Below are positions 8,701 through 18,323 of a stretch of DNA of 64,000 nucleotides, piece after piece. The stretch is taken from contig JBBQQR010000006.1 in NCBI GenBank assembly GCA_038215615.1, positions 1 to 64,000 on the forward strand. The letters are read 5' to 3'. Source of the stretch: Vulcanimicrobiales bacterium. Its GTDB lineage: Bacteria > Vulcanimicrobiota > Vulcanimicrobiia > Vulcanimicrobiales > Vulcanimicrobiaceae. Within the stretch, counting starts at the first letter, position 1, and each line of letters starts with the position of its first letter. The position numbers were made by a program, and so were the translations under genes. Under the pieces are notes generated by a model. It searched no databases. It was not told where the DNA came from and saw only the letters and a program-made list of their open reading frames with translations.

Positions 8701-10157
8701 CGGAGTGGACGCGCTACGAAGCCGTCATCGGCGTTGAATGCCACGTCGAGTTGAAAACGCGCAGCAAAATGTTTTGCGCTTGCGCCAACGAGTTCGGCGG
8801 CGAACCGAACACAAAAGTCTGTCCGGTTTGCTTGGCGCTGCCCGGCTCGCTGCCGGTTGCTAACGCCGAAGCGATCCGTCACATGATTCGCGCCGGCCTC
8901 GCCTTCGGAGCGTCGATTCCGGAGTTCTCGAAGTTCGATCGCAAGAACTACTTCTATCCCGATATGCCCAAAGATTATCAAATCTCGCAATACGACATGC
9001 CGTTAACGCTCGGCGGCACCGTGCATTACTGGCTCGAAGACGGTACGCTCAAAGAATGCAAGCTCACGCGCATTCATTTAGAAGAGGATACGGGCAAATC
9101 GATGCACGGCGGCGGCGGGGATGGACGAATTGCGGGCAGTTCGTTCTCGCTAATCGATTTCAACCGCGCCGGCGTCCCCTTGATGGAGTGCGTCAGCGAA
9201 CCGGATCTGCGCAGCGCGCAGGAAGCGGTCGGTTATTTGGAGGCGCTCAAACGAACGTTCGTGCAGTTGGGCGTGAGCGACGTAAAGATGGAGGAAGGCT
9301 CACTGCGCTGCGATGCCAACGTTTCCATTCGCCCCGCGGGCAGTACGGAGCTCGGGACCAAGACCGAGATCAAGAACATGAATTCGTTCCGCTCGGTGCT
9401 GCGCGCCGTCGAAAGCGAAATCAAACGGCAGACGGCGATTCTCGAATCAGGCGGCCGTATCGTACAGGAGACGCGCGGCTGGGACGAAGGTCAAGGCGAA
9501 ACGCACTCGATGCGCAGTAAAGAAGAAGCGCATGACTACCGCTATTTCCCCGATCCCGATCTCGTGCCGATCGAGATCGACGCCGCGCTCATCGACGAAT
9601 TGAAGAGAACGATCCCGGTGCTGCCACCGGAGCGCTTCGCAAAATACCGGGAGTACGGAATGGACGCCAAACAGGCGACGCAGCTCGTCGACAACTCCCC
9701 GCTTGCGACCTACTTCGATGCAACCGTGGCGGCCGGCGCCGACCCGCAAGCGAGCATGAATTTCGTGCTCGGCGACCTTTCGCGGCTGGCAAATGAAACC
9801 GGCACGGCGGTGAACGAATCGGCCGTGACACCGGCGGCGCTGGCAGAGCTCGTCTTGCTCGTGGAAGGCAAAACGATCAATTCGAAGATCGCCAAAGAAC
9901 TGCTCGAGCGCATGTGGGCCGGCGAGGGTTCCCCGAAAGCGATCGTCGAGAAAGAAAGCCTCGCGCAAACCAGCGACACGGGCGAAATCGAAAATCTGAT
10001 CGGCGCTGTCTTGGCCGCGAACGAAAAAGCGGTAACCGACTATAAAGCCGGCAAAACGAACATCCTGGGTTTTCTTACCGGTGCGGTGATGAAGGCGTCG
10101 CGCGGGAAAGCCAATCCTGCCCTCGTCAACGAACTGCTGCGAAAAAGACTGGAGTAA
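8697..10157 (+). CDS. gatB: Asp/Glu-tRNA amidotransferase subunit B
   Basis: YEAVIGVECHVEL, FDRKNYFYPD, RIHLEED, GSLRCDANVS, DYRYFPDPDL; ATGA overlap with the gatA stop at 8697. Confidence 0.97.
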   Translation: MTEWTRYEAVIGVECHVELKTRSKMFCACANEFGGEPNTKVCPVCLALPGSLPVANAEAIRHMIRAGLAFGASIPEFSKFDRKNYFYPDMPKDYQISQYDMPLTLGGTVHYWLEDGTLKECKLTRIHLEEDTGKSMHGGGGDGRIAGSSFSLIDFNRAGVPLMECVSEPDLRSAQEAVGYLEALKRTFVQLGVSDVKMEEGSLRCDANVSIRPAGSTELGTKTEIKNMNSFRSVLRAVESEIKRQTAILESGGRIVQETRGWDEGQGETHSMRSKEEAHDYRYFPDPDLVPIEIDAALIDELKRTIPVLPPERFAKYREYGMDAKQATQLVDNSPLATYFDATVAAGADPQASMNFVLGDLSRLANETGTAVNESAVTPAALAELVLLVEGKTINSKIAKELLERMWAGEGSPKAIVEKESLAQTSDTGEIENLIGAVLAANEKAVTDYKAGKTNILGFLTGAVMKASRGKANPALVNELLRKRLE

Positions 10158-10161
10158 CGAT

Positions 10162-10515
10162 ATGGGCGTTAACGGAATCGACGCGAGCTACTATACCGTC
10201 ATCGACTTAGAGAAGATGACCGGTTTTTACGGCAAGATATTGGGCGAACCGGCGACGCGTGCGCAACGCTGGTCGGAATGGACCTTCGCTGACGGGTCGT
10301 CATTCGGGATATACATGGCCGACGGAAAAACGGGCGGCCGCAGCGGCAGCATCATGTTCGCCGTAGACGACGTGCCGGCGATGGCGAAGCAAGCGGAAGC
10401 GGCCGGCGCGACCATCGACGCCGATCACGAACTCCTTGAGATGCCCAGCTGTCAGATGATGTTTGCCGATGATCCGGAGGGCAATCAATTCATCCTCCAC
10501 AAGCGGAAAACGTAG
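10162..10515 (+). CDS. VOC/glyoxalase-bleomycin resistance family protein
   Basis: 117 aa; FYGKILG, FAVDDV, DPEGNQFILH motifs. Confidence 0.8.
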   Translation: MGVNGIDASYYTVIDLEKMTGFYGKILGEPATRAQRWSEWTFADGSSFGIYMADGKTGGRSGSIMFAVDDVPAMAKQAEAAGATIDADHELLEMPSCQMMFADDPEGNQFILHKRKT

Positions 10516-12845
10516 CGCTCGCCGACGACCGCACCCTCGAAAGCCTCGATTTCGCGGCGCTGCGCGCGCGCGTTGCGGGGCGCTGCGTCACCGAGCGCGG
10601 CCGCGGCCGCGGCGAAGAGCTGCAGCCGTCGCCCGATTTCGATCGCGCGGTTCGCGAACAGGCCAAAACAGCGGCCGTGCGCGGCCTGGTCGTTTCCGCC
10701 GACTTCCACGTTTTGCCCGCGGTCGAAACGGCCGAGCTGACTTCGCGCGCCGCAATCGGTACCGCCCTTTCGTCGATCGACTTGCGTTCGCTTGCGGAAG
10801 CAATTGGTGCCGCTGCGGCGGCCTTCAATAAAACGCGCGAATACGCAGGAGACGCTCTCGCCGAAGTAACCGCGCCATACCGGCCCCTCAAGGAATTGCA
10901 ACGCGCGCTCACCGATTCGATCGACGAGCGGGGCGTCGTGCTCGACCGCGCTTCGCCCGCGCTGGGCCGCATCCGCAGAAACTTGCAGAACGCCCAGCGC
11001 GAAGCTCGCGATCGCGTGAGCGCGCTGCTTCGTTCGCCGAAGTATGCCCGCGCGATCCAGGACTCCGTCGTAACGATCCGCGACGGCCGTTTCGTCGTCC
11101 CGGTGAAAACCGAGTTCAGCGCGGATGTCCCGGGCATCGTGCACGACACGAGCTCGAGCGGGCAAACCGTATTCGTGGAGCCGCTCGCGGCGCTGGAAAC
11201 GAACAACCGGGTGCGCACACTCGAGATCGAGCAAGAGCGTGAAATCGCGAGAATCCTCGCGCAGCTCTCGCGCGAAGCCGGCGCGCATGCACCGCAAATC
11301 GAAGCCAACATGGACATGCTTGCCGAGCTCGATCTGTTGGCAGCCAAAGCAGATGTTGCGCAGGCGATGGACGCACGCGTGCCGGAACTCACACAAGAGT
11401 CGGGAGTGAGCGTACTGTCCGGGCGCCACCCGCTGCTCGGCGATCGCGCCGTTCCGCAGTCGCTTACGCTAGACGAAGACACGCGCGTGCTGGTGATCAG
11501 CGGTCCGAACATGGGCGGGAAGACGGTCGCCCTCAAGATGGTCGGCTTGTTCGTGTTGATGACCTACGCCGGTATGCAAGTTCCGGCCGCGGACGGAACG
11601 CGCATCGGGCGCTTCGACTGCGTCTTCGCAGACATCGGCGACGAGCAGTCGATCGCGGCCAACACATCGACCTTCTCGGCGCATCTTGCGCGGATGCGCG
11701 ACATTCTGGCGCGGGCGGGTCCGCGTTCGCTCGTGCTCGTCGATGAAATCGGCGGCGGCACCGAGCCGGGAAGCGGCGCAGCGCTGGCGGTGGCTATGCT
11801 TGGGCGACTACTCGACGCCGGCGCGTGCGCCATCGTTACGACCCACAGCACCGAGCTCAAGCTTTTCGCCCATGAAGCCGGCAAGGTGACGAACGCAAGC
11901 GTGCGGTTCGATCCGCACACGTTCGCGCCGACGTTTCATCTGGACGTCGGGACCCCGGGGCAGTCGCTGGCCTTTGCGCTGGCGCGATCGATCGGCATCG
12001 ATCGCGAATTGATTACAAATGCTGAAGCGCTGTTGACGACGCGCGATCGCGATTACGAGCGGGCGTTGAGTCAGCTCGCAGACCTTAATGCGAACCTGCA
12101 GCGGGAACGCGAGATGCTTGCGCGCGACCGCGCCCACATCGGTACGTTGCAAGAAAATCTGCGTTCGCGGGCTGAAACGCTTGAGCGTGAGCGCCGTTCC
12201 TTTGCGCAAATTGCCGACACGCGGTTGCGGGAAACGCTGCGAGATTTCGCGGCCGATCTTGCCGCGCTCGGCTCGCGCCAAACACCTCCGAAGGTGACGC
12301 GCGGTCAGGCGGAGCTCTTGGCGCGAACCCTGGACGACCTGCACGGCGATCTCGGAATGACTTCAGATGAGCCGGCCGGCGAAGCCGCCCCGGCGCGCGT
12401 TTTCGTGCAAGGAGATCCGGTACGCGTTCTCTCGCTCGCACAAGACGGTTCGGTCGTCGCCGATAACGGAGAGAACGTGCTGGTCGCTATCGGTCCGATG
12501 AAGACGATGGTGCCCAAGAAAGATCTTCGATCGATCGCGGCGGCGGCAAAGCGTTCGGGACCTTCTCCGGGAGAGGCTCAACTTGAAGCCGCCGGCAGGA
12601 CGAGGGTGGAATTGGACGTGCGCGGCAAGCGGTTTGTCGAAGCGGAGCCACTGGTCGATCACTGGATCGATGAAGCGGTGCTGGCGGGAAATACTCCGCT
12701 GCGGCTGATCCACGGCAAAGGCACGGGGATGCTCGGCCGCGGGCTGCAAGTGTATTTGCGCGCGCATCCGCAGGTCACGGGCGTGCGCTATGGCAGCGAA
12801 GACGAGGGAGGCGGCGGCGTAACGATTTTTGAACTGCGCTCCTGA
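10512..12845 (+). CDS. mutS2: MutS2 family ATPase with C-terminal Smr domain; start non-canonical and uncertain (10488 ATT or 10512 GTA)
   Basis: N-terminal DDRTLESLDF in frame upstream of the track start; VHDTSSSGQTVFVEP, Walker A SGPNMGGKT, DIGDEQSI, DEIGGGT, Smr IHGKGTG. Confidence 0.92.
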   Translation, partial: VALADDRTLESLDFAALRARVAGRCVTERGRGRGEELQPSPDFDRAVREQAKTAAVRGLVVSADFHVLPAVETAELTSRAAIGTALSSIDLRSLAEAIGAAAAAFNKTREYAGDALAEVTAPYRPLKELQRALTDSIDERGVVLDRASPALGRIRRNLQNAQREARDRVSALLRSPKYARAIQDSVVTIRDGRFVVPVKTEFSADVPGIVHDTSSSGQTVFVEPLAALETNNRVRTLEIEQEREIARILAQLSREAGAHAPQIEANMDMLAELDLLAAKADVAQAMDARVPELTQESGVSVLSGRHPLLGDRAVPQSLTLDEDTRVLVISGPNMGGKTVALKMVGLFVLMTYAGMQVPAADGTRIGRFDCVFADIGDEQSIAANTSTFSAHLARMRDILARAGPRSLVLVDEIGGGTEPGSGAALAVAMLGRLLDAGACAIVTTHSTELKLFAHEAGKVTNASVRFDPHTFAPTFHLDVGTPGQSLAFALARSIGIDRELITNAEALLTTRDRDYERALSQLADLNANLQREREMLARDRAHIGTLQENLRSRAETLERERRSFAQIADTRLRETLRDFAADLAALGSRQTPPKVTRGQAELLARTLDDLHGDLGMTSDEPAGEAAPARVFVQGDPVRVLSLAQDGSVVADNGENVLVAIGPMKTMVPKKDLRSIAAAAKRSGPSPGEAQLEAAGRTRVELDVRGKRFVEAEPLVDHWIDEAVLAGNTPLRLIHGKGTGMLGRGLQVYLRAHPQVTGVRYGSEDEGGGGVTIFELRS

Positions 12846-14033
12846 ATGTCCAAGCCAATTGAAGAACTGCTCGACGGGTTCGACCATGTCGAAACGCGGC
12901 GCGAGCTCGAGGAACGGCTAGCCGGCGGCGAACCGCTGACCGTCAAGCTCGGTCTCGACCCGACCTCGCCCGATCTGCATCTGGGGCATGCGGTCGTCTT
13001 GCGCAAACTTCAGGAGTTTGTGGAAGCGGGCCACAAGGTCGTACTGGTCATCGGCTCGTTTACCGCGCGCATCGGCGATCCGTCGGGACGCAACGAATTG
13101 CGTCCGGCGCTGACGACCGCCGACATAACGGCAAACATGAAAACCTACGCCGAGCAAGCCGGCAAAGTGCTCGATATGGATCGCGTGCGCCTAGAATACA
13201 ATTCCACGTGGCTCGACCGCCTGACGTCGGCCGATTTACTGCGGCTGCTCTCCCAGGTCACTGTCGCGCAAATGATTGAGCGAGAAGATTTTCACGAACG
13301 CTACACAGCCGGGACGCCGATCGCGCTGCACGAATTTCTGTATCCGATTGCGCAGGCGTACGACAGCATCGCGCTGCACGCCGACGTCGAGCTCGGTGGC
13401 AACGACCAGCTCTTCAATTTACTCATGGGGCGCCAGTATCAACGCGCGGCCGGTCAGCGCGAACAGGTGTGCATGACGGTTCCGCTGCTCGAAGGTTTGG
13501 ATGGTTCAAAAAAAATGTCCAAATCGGCGGGTAATTCCGTGGGTTTGACCGAGCCCCCCGAGCAACAGTTTGGAAAGCTGATGCGGATTCCGGACGAGGC
13601 GATTCCGCGTTACGCGCGTTTGGCGGCGTTCCGCTCGCAAGACGAGTGCGATCGTCTTTCGCAAGCGCTCGGCAACGGCAAAGCGCATCCCATGCAAGAG
13701 AAGAAGCGGATCGCGCAAGAGGTGGTCGCCCTCTATCACGGCGGTTCTGCGGCGAATGCGGCCCGCGAATATTTCGAACGGACCGTGCAACAGCGCGAGC
13801 TGCCGGCGGGCGACGTGCCCGAGATTAGGCTGGGCGACGCACGGCGCGTCGCGGACGTGCTGGTTGCGTCGGGGCTTGCGGAAAGCCGGCGCGCTGCGGA
13901 GCGTCTGGTTGCGGGTAAGGGGGTACGCATCGATGGTATACTCGTCGAGGATCCGAAGGCGCCTTGGCCCGCGGGCGGCCCGGTGACGCTCTCGGTCGGC
14001 GCGCGAAAATTTGTAAGGGTACTGCCCAACTAA
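12846..14033 (+). CDS. tyrS: Tyrosine--tRNA ligase
   Basis: KLGLDPTSPDLHLGH, QAYDS, GGNDQLFN, KMSKS, C-terminal S4 domain. Confidence 0.96.
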   Translation: MSKPIEELLDGFDHVETRRELEERLAGGEPLTVKLGLDPTSPDLHLGHAVVLRKLQEFVEAGHKVVLVIGSFTARIGDPSGRNELRPALTTADITANMKTYAEQAGKVLDMDRVRLEYNSTWLDRLTSADLLRLLSQVTVAQMIEREDFHERYTAGTPIALHEFLYPIAQAYDSIALHADVELGGNDQLFNLLMGRQYQRAAGQREQVCMTVPLLEGLDGSKKMSKSAGNSVGLTEPPEQQFGKLMRIPDEAIPRYARLAAFRSQDECDRLSQALGNGKAHPMQEKKRIAQEVVALYHGGSAANAAREYFERTVQQRELPAGDVPEIRLGDARRVADVLVASGLAESRRAAERLVAGKGVRIDGILVEDPKAPWPAGGPVTLSVGARKFVRVLPN

Positions 14034-14034
14034 C

Positions 14035-14217
14035 ATGAAAAAATTTATCTGCAAGCGCTGCAAACGCGAATACGCCTATCCCCAGGCCGGGGGCCCGCCG
14101 ATCAAGTGCGAGTGCGGCTGGTGGTACGAAAACGTGCGCGGAAGGATTCGTGAGGCGTTCTGGGAGCGGATCGATCCGTACCGCGACCCGCCGCCTACGC
14201 TTTTTTCAAAAGGGTAA
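14035..14217 (+). CDS. Small putative zinc-ribbon protein
   Basis: CKRC...CECG in 60 aa; starts 1 nt after the tyrS stop. Confidence 0.5.
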   Translation: MKKFICKRCKREYAYPQAGGPPIKCECGWWYENVRGRIREAFWERIDPYRDPPPTLFSKG

Positions 14218-15085
14218 CGAGTTCGGCGAGCTCCGCCGAACTGAACACGTAAATGCTCTTACAGAATTCGCACGTTGCGTCGGTTCGCGGACGCTCCCGC
14301 GACATCTTGAGAATCTCGTCCGCGCCCAGTCCCGCCAAAGCGGTTTCAACCCGCTCGCGCGTGCACAGGCAGGCGAAGCCGACTTCGATGACGCGTTCGG
14401 ATCGCACGGCCGCACTTCCCGCAAACCGTTTTATGAGCGCGTGCGCATCGATTCCGCGCGAAATCAGCGTGGTGATCGGCGGCAACTCCAGCGCGCGCCG
14501 TTCGAGCATCGCGATCGCTTTCTCGTCGGCGTCGGGTAAGACTTGGGCGATAACGCCGCCCGCGGCAACGACTCCCGATGGATCGGCCAGCACGCCGAGT
14601 GCAACGGCGCTCGGAATCTGTTCCGACTTCAAAAGATAGAACGCGAGATCTTCGGCGATCTCTCCGGTTTGGAGCGGAACGACCCCGGAGTACGGCTGTC
14701 CCTCTTCGTAAGCTTTGGTGACATGCAGCGTGCCCGATCCGATCGCGCCGGCGACATCGAACTTGCCGGCGGCGTTTAGCGGGACGTCCGCACGAGGCGC
14801 TTTCACATAAGCGCGCGCTCCGATCCGGCCGGAAGCGGTCAGCCATGCCTCGGCGGCAACCCGCTGCAGCGGACCGTTGCCGGCCGCCTGTAGCGAGATG
14901 CGCAGCGTGTCTTTCAGACCCGCTCCGAGCAGTGCAGCTCCCGTGATCAGGCGGCCCGCGGCGGCTGTCGCGGTGGGGCTCAGAGCGTGCCGGCGCTGGG
15001 TTTCGCGGACCAGCTCGGTCGTAATCGCCGCGGTTATGGCAAAACCGGCTTCGGGGAGTGAGGCGGTGACGATCGCATCGCGCAT
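14195..15085 (-). CDS. hslO: Hsp33 redox-regulated chaperone
   Basis: SPTATAAAGR, GEIAEDLAFYLLKSEQIPSA, C-terminal CLC...CEFC zinc motif; ATG at 15085. Confidence 0.93.
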   Translation of the reverse strand: MRDAIVTASLPEAGFAITAAITTELVRETQRRHALSPTATAAAGRLITGAALLGAGLKDTLRISLQAAGNGPLQRVAAEAWLTASGRIGARAYVKAPRADVPLNAAGKFDVAGAIGSGTLHVTKAYEEGQPYSGVVPLQTGEIAEDLAFYLLKSEQIPSAVALGVLADPSGVVAAGGVIAQVLPDADEKAIAMLERRALELPPITTLISRGIDAHALIKRFAGSAAVRSERVIEVGFACLCTRERVETALAGLGADEILKMSRERPRTDATCEFCKSIYVFSSAELAELVTLLKKA

Positions 15086-15142
15086 GTTCCGGGCCGCATT
15101 TGCCCCGAGGTTCGCTTTCTTTCCTTCCCGAAAGCGCCGCCC

Positions 15143-15571
15143 ATGCGAGTCCTTGTGATTCACGGGCCGAACCTGAATCTGCTCGGCGAGCGTGAGCCCG
15201 CCGTCTACGGTACGCAGACGCTTGCGCACATCGACGCGCGGATCGCCGGGCTCGCCAAGGAGCTGCAGCTCGACGTGCGCAGCGTGCAGCATAATTCGGA
15301 AGGCGCGATCGTCGACGAGCTGCATGCCGCACGCAGTTCCTTTGATTACATTATCCTCAACCCGGGTGCCTACACTCATTACGCGTACGCGATTGCCGAC
15401 GCGATTGCCGCGATCGACGTTCCCGTGATCGAGGTGCACGTATCGAACATTTTCGCACGCGAAGAATTCCGGCGCAACAGCGTAGTGGCGCCCGTCTGCG
15501 TCGGCACGATCGGTGGTTTCGGCGTTGATTCCTATCTGCTGGCGCTGCGCGCCGCGGCCGATAAAATATGA
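15143..15571 (+). CDS. aroQ: Type II 3-dehydroquinate dehydratase
   Basis: HGPNLNLLGEREPAVYG, NPGAYTHY, IEVHVSNIFAREEFR. Confidence 0.96.
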   Translation: MRVLVIHGPNLNLLGEREPAVYGTQTLAHIDARIAGLAKELQLDVRSVQHNSEGAIVDELHAARSSFDYIILNPGAYTHYAYAIADAIAAIDVPVIEVHVSNIFAREEFRRNSVVAPVCVGTIGGFGVDSYLLALRAAADKI

Positions 15572-15675
15572 GGTTTTCGCTGCATGCGCGGAAGGAGGCC
15601 ACCGAGTCCCTCCGTATAACAATCCAGGCGGCGGGCCCATCATCGCACTAGCGCCGCATAAGGAGACTTGAGAAC

Positions 15676-15999
15676 TTGACGAAAGCCGAAATCATAGAGT
15701 CCGTTGCCAGCGAGTCCGAACTCTCGAAACGCCAAGCGACGGAAATTGTCGACCTGATCATCAGCGAGATCACGTCGGCGCTGCAAAAGGGTGATGAAGT
15801 CGCTCTCACGCCGTTCGGAAGATTCAAGGTGCGTGCGCGAAAAGCGCGCGAGGGGCGCAACCCCAAGACGGGCGCGAAGATTAAGATTCCGGCGCGCAAA
15901 GTCCCGGCCTTTGTCGCCGGCAAAGCGCTCAAAGATGCCGTCGCCGGCGGGCGCGGCGGTTCGAAAAAGACAGCAGCGAAGAAAAAACGCAGGCGCTAA
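15676..15999 (+). CDS. hup: HU family DNA-binding protein with basic C-terminal tail
   Basis: MTKAEII...FGRF...ARKAREGRNPKTG..IKIPA..VPAF; SD TAAGGAG upstream; tail SKKTAAKKKRRR. Confidence 0.93.
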   Translation: MTKAEIIESVASESELSKRQATEIVDLIISEITSALQKGDEVALTPFGRFKVRARKAREGRNPKTGAKIKIPARKVPAFVAGKALKDAVAGGRGGSKKTAAKKKRRR

Positions 16000-16042
16000 G
16001 CATCTCCACCGGCCCCTGCGGAGTCCGTTTGGCCCTGGCCAT

Positions 16043-16117
16043 CGGGCTGTAGCGAAGCTTGGTTATCGCGCCTGACTGGGGGTCAGGAGATCGTGGGTTC
16101 GAATCCCGCCAGCCCGA
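16043..16117 (+). tRNA. tRNA-Pro (anticodon GGG), CCA not encoded
   Basis: Acceptor stem CGGGCTG/CAGCCCG, anticodon stem CCTGA-CTGGGGG-TCAGG, T-arm GTGGG-TTCGAAT-CCCGC. Confidence 0.95.
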
Positions 16118-16126
16118 GATTCCTTG

Positions 16127-16558
16127 ATGGAGAAGCTGTTTAAGCCGCCGCCGGTTGAGGCCACGCTTTTTACCGACGGCGGTTCCCGCGGTAATCCCGG
16201 CCCGGCGGCGTCGGGCGCGGTGCTCGTTGGGCCCGACGGTCAGATATTGCACGAGGTCGGGCACTTTCTTGGTGTCGCGACCAACAACGTCGCGGAGTGG
16301 ACCGCCGTGCAGATCGGATTGGAAGCCGCGCTGGAACACGGCCTCAGCAGCCTGTCGGTGCGCATGGACAGCGAACTCGTGGTCCGGCAGCTTTCAGGCG
16401 AGTACCGCGTCAAGCATCCGGACCTTGCGCCGCTTCACGGCCGCGTCAAGAGCCTGCTGCGAAAATTTTCGCATGTCGACATTGCTCACGTACGACGTAA
16501 CGATAACAAACTGGCCGACGCCGTGGTCAATCGCGTGCTCGATCAGGAGGAGCAGTGA
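16127..16558 (+). CDS. rnhA: Ribonuclease HI family protein
   Basis: FTDGGSRGNPG, TNNVAE, MDSELVVRQ, NKLAD. Confidence 0.9.
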   Translation: MEKLFKPPPVEATLFTDGGSRGNPGPAASGAVLVGPDGQILHEVGHFLGVATNNVAEWTAVQIGLEAALEHGLSSLSVRMDSELVVRQLSGEYRVKHPDLAPLHGRVKSLLRKFSHVDIAHVRRNDNKLADAVVNRVLDQEEQ

Positions 16559-17205
16559 TGCGCCGGCCTTGGCTGCCTGCCGCGCTCTTCATTTTCGCGA
16601 TCGTGTTCCTACTGGCTGGGTTTTTGATTAAGTGGCCCGATTTTCAGAACAAACCGCAAGTCGAAAAAGTGCTGCAAGCGCCGACCGCCCTCGACCTGCG
16701 GCTCACGATTGGGTACGACAAGCCGCCCATCTACCAAGAGCAGTACGTCATACGAAACGACAACGGGCTCTCGACCGCACGGTACAAAATCTCGGGCTAC
16801 TCGGGGAAAGTCGTCACGATTACGATCCCGCCGGCCAAGCGCTACGATATGACCTTTTTCTTTGACGACGTTGTCCAAGACGGAATCTGGCAGCTCACGA
16901 ACCGGCCCCCGCGCGGGAACACAGACGTCCACTACACGCTGTACGTGCACGAAATGGTGAACCGCAAACAGGGGTCGCGTACGATTACGTTCACCGATCC
17001 CCACTACTGGGCGGTGACAGCCGGCCGCCAATACGAGATCCACATGAGTCCCAACAGCCCGACGCCGGATTTGCTGAAACTCAAAAGCACCGCCCTAGCC
17101 GATCCGCGCTTTGAGACAATCGTGCGCGCGTTCCGGTCATTCGGCCCGGTCTCGTTTCGTCAGAAGATTCTCCAAGCCCAACGGCTGGTCAGCAACTCGC
17201 ATTGA
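16555..17205 (+). CDS. Hypothetical exported or membrane-anchored protein
   Basis: N-terminal hydrophobic helix; 4-nt overlaps with both neighbours. Confidence 0.7.
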   Translation: MMRRPWLPAALFIFAIVFLLAGFLIKWPDFQNKPQVEKVLQAPTALDLRLTIGYDKPPIYQEQYVIRNDNGLSTARYKISGYSGKVVTITIPPAKRYDMTFFFDDVVQDGIWQLTNRPPRGNTDVHYTLYVHEMVNRKQGSRTITFTDPHYWAVTAGRQYEIHMSPNSPTPDLLKLKSTALADPRFETIVRAFRSFGPVSFRQKILQAQRLVSNSH

Positions 17206-17978
17206 TCGCGCTTCGAATCGCCATCGTCGCGGCCGTGCTTGCGGCTGCGGGTTTCCTGGCATACGAGCACTTCGAGCAGCCGGCTAATCAACTGTTCGGC
17301 CGCACCCTGACGCGCGGCCCTTCGAACGAGCGCGTGATCGCGCTGACGTACGACGACGGGCCGAATCCGCCGTATACGAACCGCATTCTCGACGTGCTCG
17401 AGCGGGAAGGCGTGCATGCGACGTTTTTTCTGGTGGGACGGGCGGTGCAGGCATATCCGGAAGTCGTGCGGCGCGAGGTTCGAGACGGCGACGCGATCGG
17501 CAACCACAGTTGGGATCACAGCCACTTAATCGTCTATCCGTCCTCCGCAGTCGCAACGTCCATCGTGCGGACAGACGCCGCGATCGAAGCGGCCGCCGGT
17601 ATCCATACGCGGCTCTTCCGGCCGCCTTTTGGGGCGCGCGATTGGATCGTGATGCGGGCGGCGCAGCGGCTGGGCTATACCGTTGTCATGTGGTCGGAGC
17701 CGCTGCCGCGCGATTGGGAGTATCCGTCCCCGGCTCAGATCGCGCAGCGCGTCTTGCGCGTGGCCGGCGATGGCTCGATCATCGTACTGCACGACGGCAA
17801 TCGCGGGGAGCTCTGCACACAGAGGCATTTGAATCCGCACGTCTGCGACCGCAGTGCCGATATTGGGGCCACGCGCCTCGTGATTGACGAGCTGAAGAAG
17901 CGCGGCTACCGGTTCGTGACGATCCCCGATTTAATCGCGGGGCGGTCTACGCATAAAAACGCCCGCGCAGCTCGATGA
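17202..17978 (+). CDS. Polysaccharide deacetylase (NodB/CE4)
   Basis: TYDDGP, ATFF, NHSWDH, FRPPFG, IIVLHDG. Confidence 0.92.
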   Translation: MIALRIAIVAAVLAAAGFLAYEHFEQPANQLFGRTLTRGPSNERVIALTYDDGPNPPYTNRILDVLEREGVHATFFLVGRAVQAYPEVVRREVRDGDAIGNHSWDHSHLIVYPSSAVATSIVRTDAAIEAAAGIHTRLFRPPFGARDWIVMRAAQRLGYTVVMWSEPLPRDWEYPSPAQIAQRVLRVAGDGSIIVLHDGNRGELCTQRHLNPHVCDRSADIGATRLVIDELKKRGYRFVTIPDLIAGRSTHKNARAAR

Positions 17979-18240
17979 ACCCGTCGGGGTGCCTTCCTTG
18001 AGGATCGTGGTGCGTCCAGTGCACGATCGGAATGCGGCCGGGATCATGCACCATCTCACCGCGCACTTGGATGCGGTCCCCGGGCTGGACGGGAACGCGC
18101 GGAGCGATCGCGGTGTTATCGATGATTTGCATCGGGCCGGCGGCCGTTGCGACGCCGAACGTCTCGTGCTCGCATCTCGTATGCGTTCCGTAAAAAAACC
18201 GCGCCGGGCTCGTGACCGTGCCGGAAAACGTGACTTCCAT
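17947..18240 (-). CDS. DUF3465-like OB-fold protein
   Basis: PGDRIQVRGE...VHWTHHDP..RHPDGFI...Y signature; GGAGG upstream of ATG. Confidence 0.7.
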   Translation of the reverse strand: MEVTFSGTVTSPARFFYGTHTRCEHETFGVATAAGPMQIIDNTAIAPRVPVQPGDRIQVRGEMVHDPGRIPIVHWTHHDPQGRHPDGFIELRGRFYA

Positions 18241-18323
18241 AGGCCCTCCCGCCTCTCCATCACGACGAGCGCACGCTTAGACAACATGAGCGGGACGCAA
18301 ACTGGTAAAATCCTCTAGAAGAA

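Noticed and set aside
16043..16117. tRNA-Pro as an integration site
   Set aside because: No integrase and no duplicated tRNA 3' end seen; flanks are housekeeping genes.
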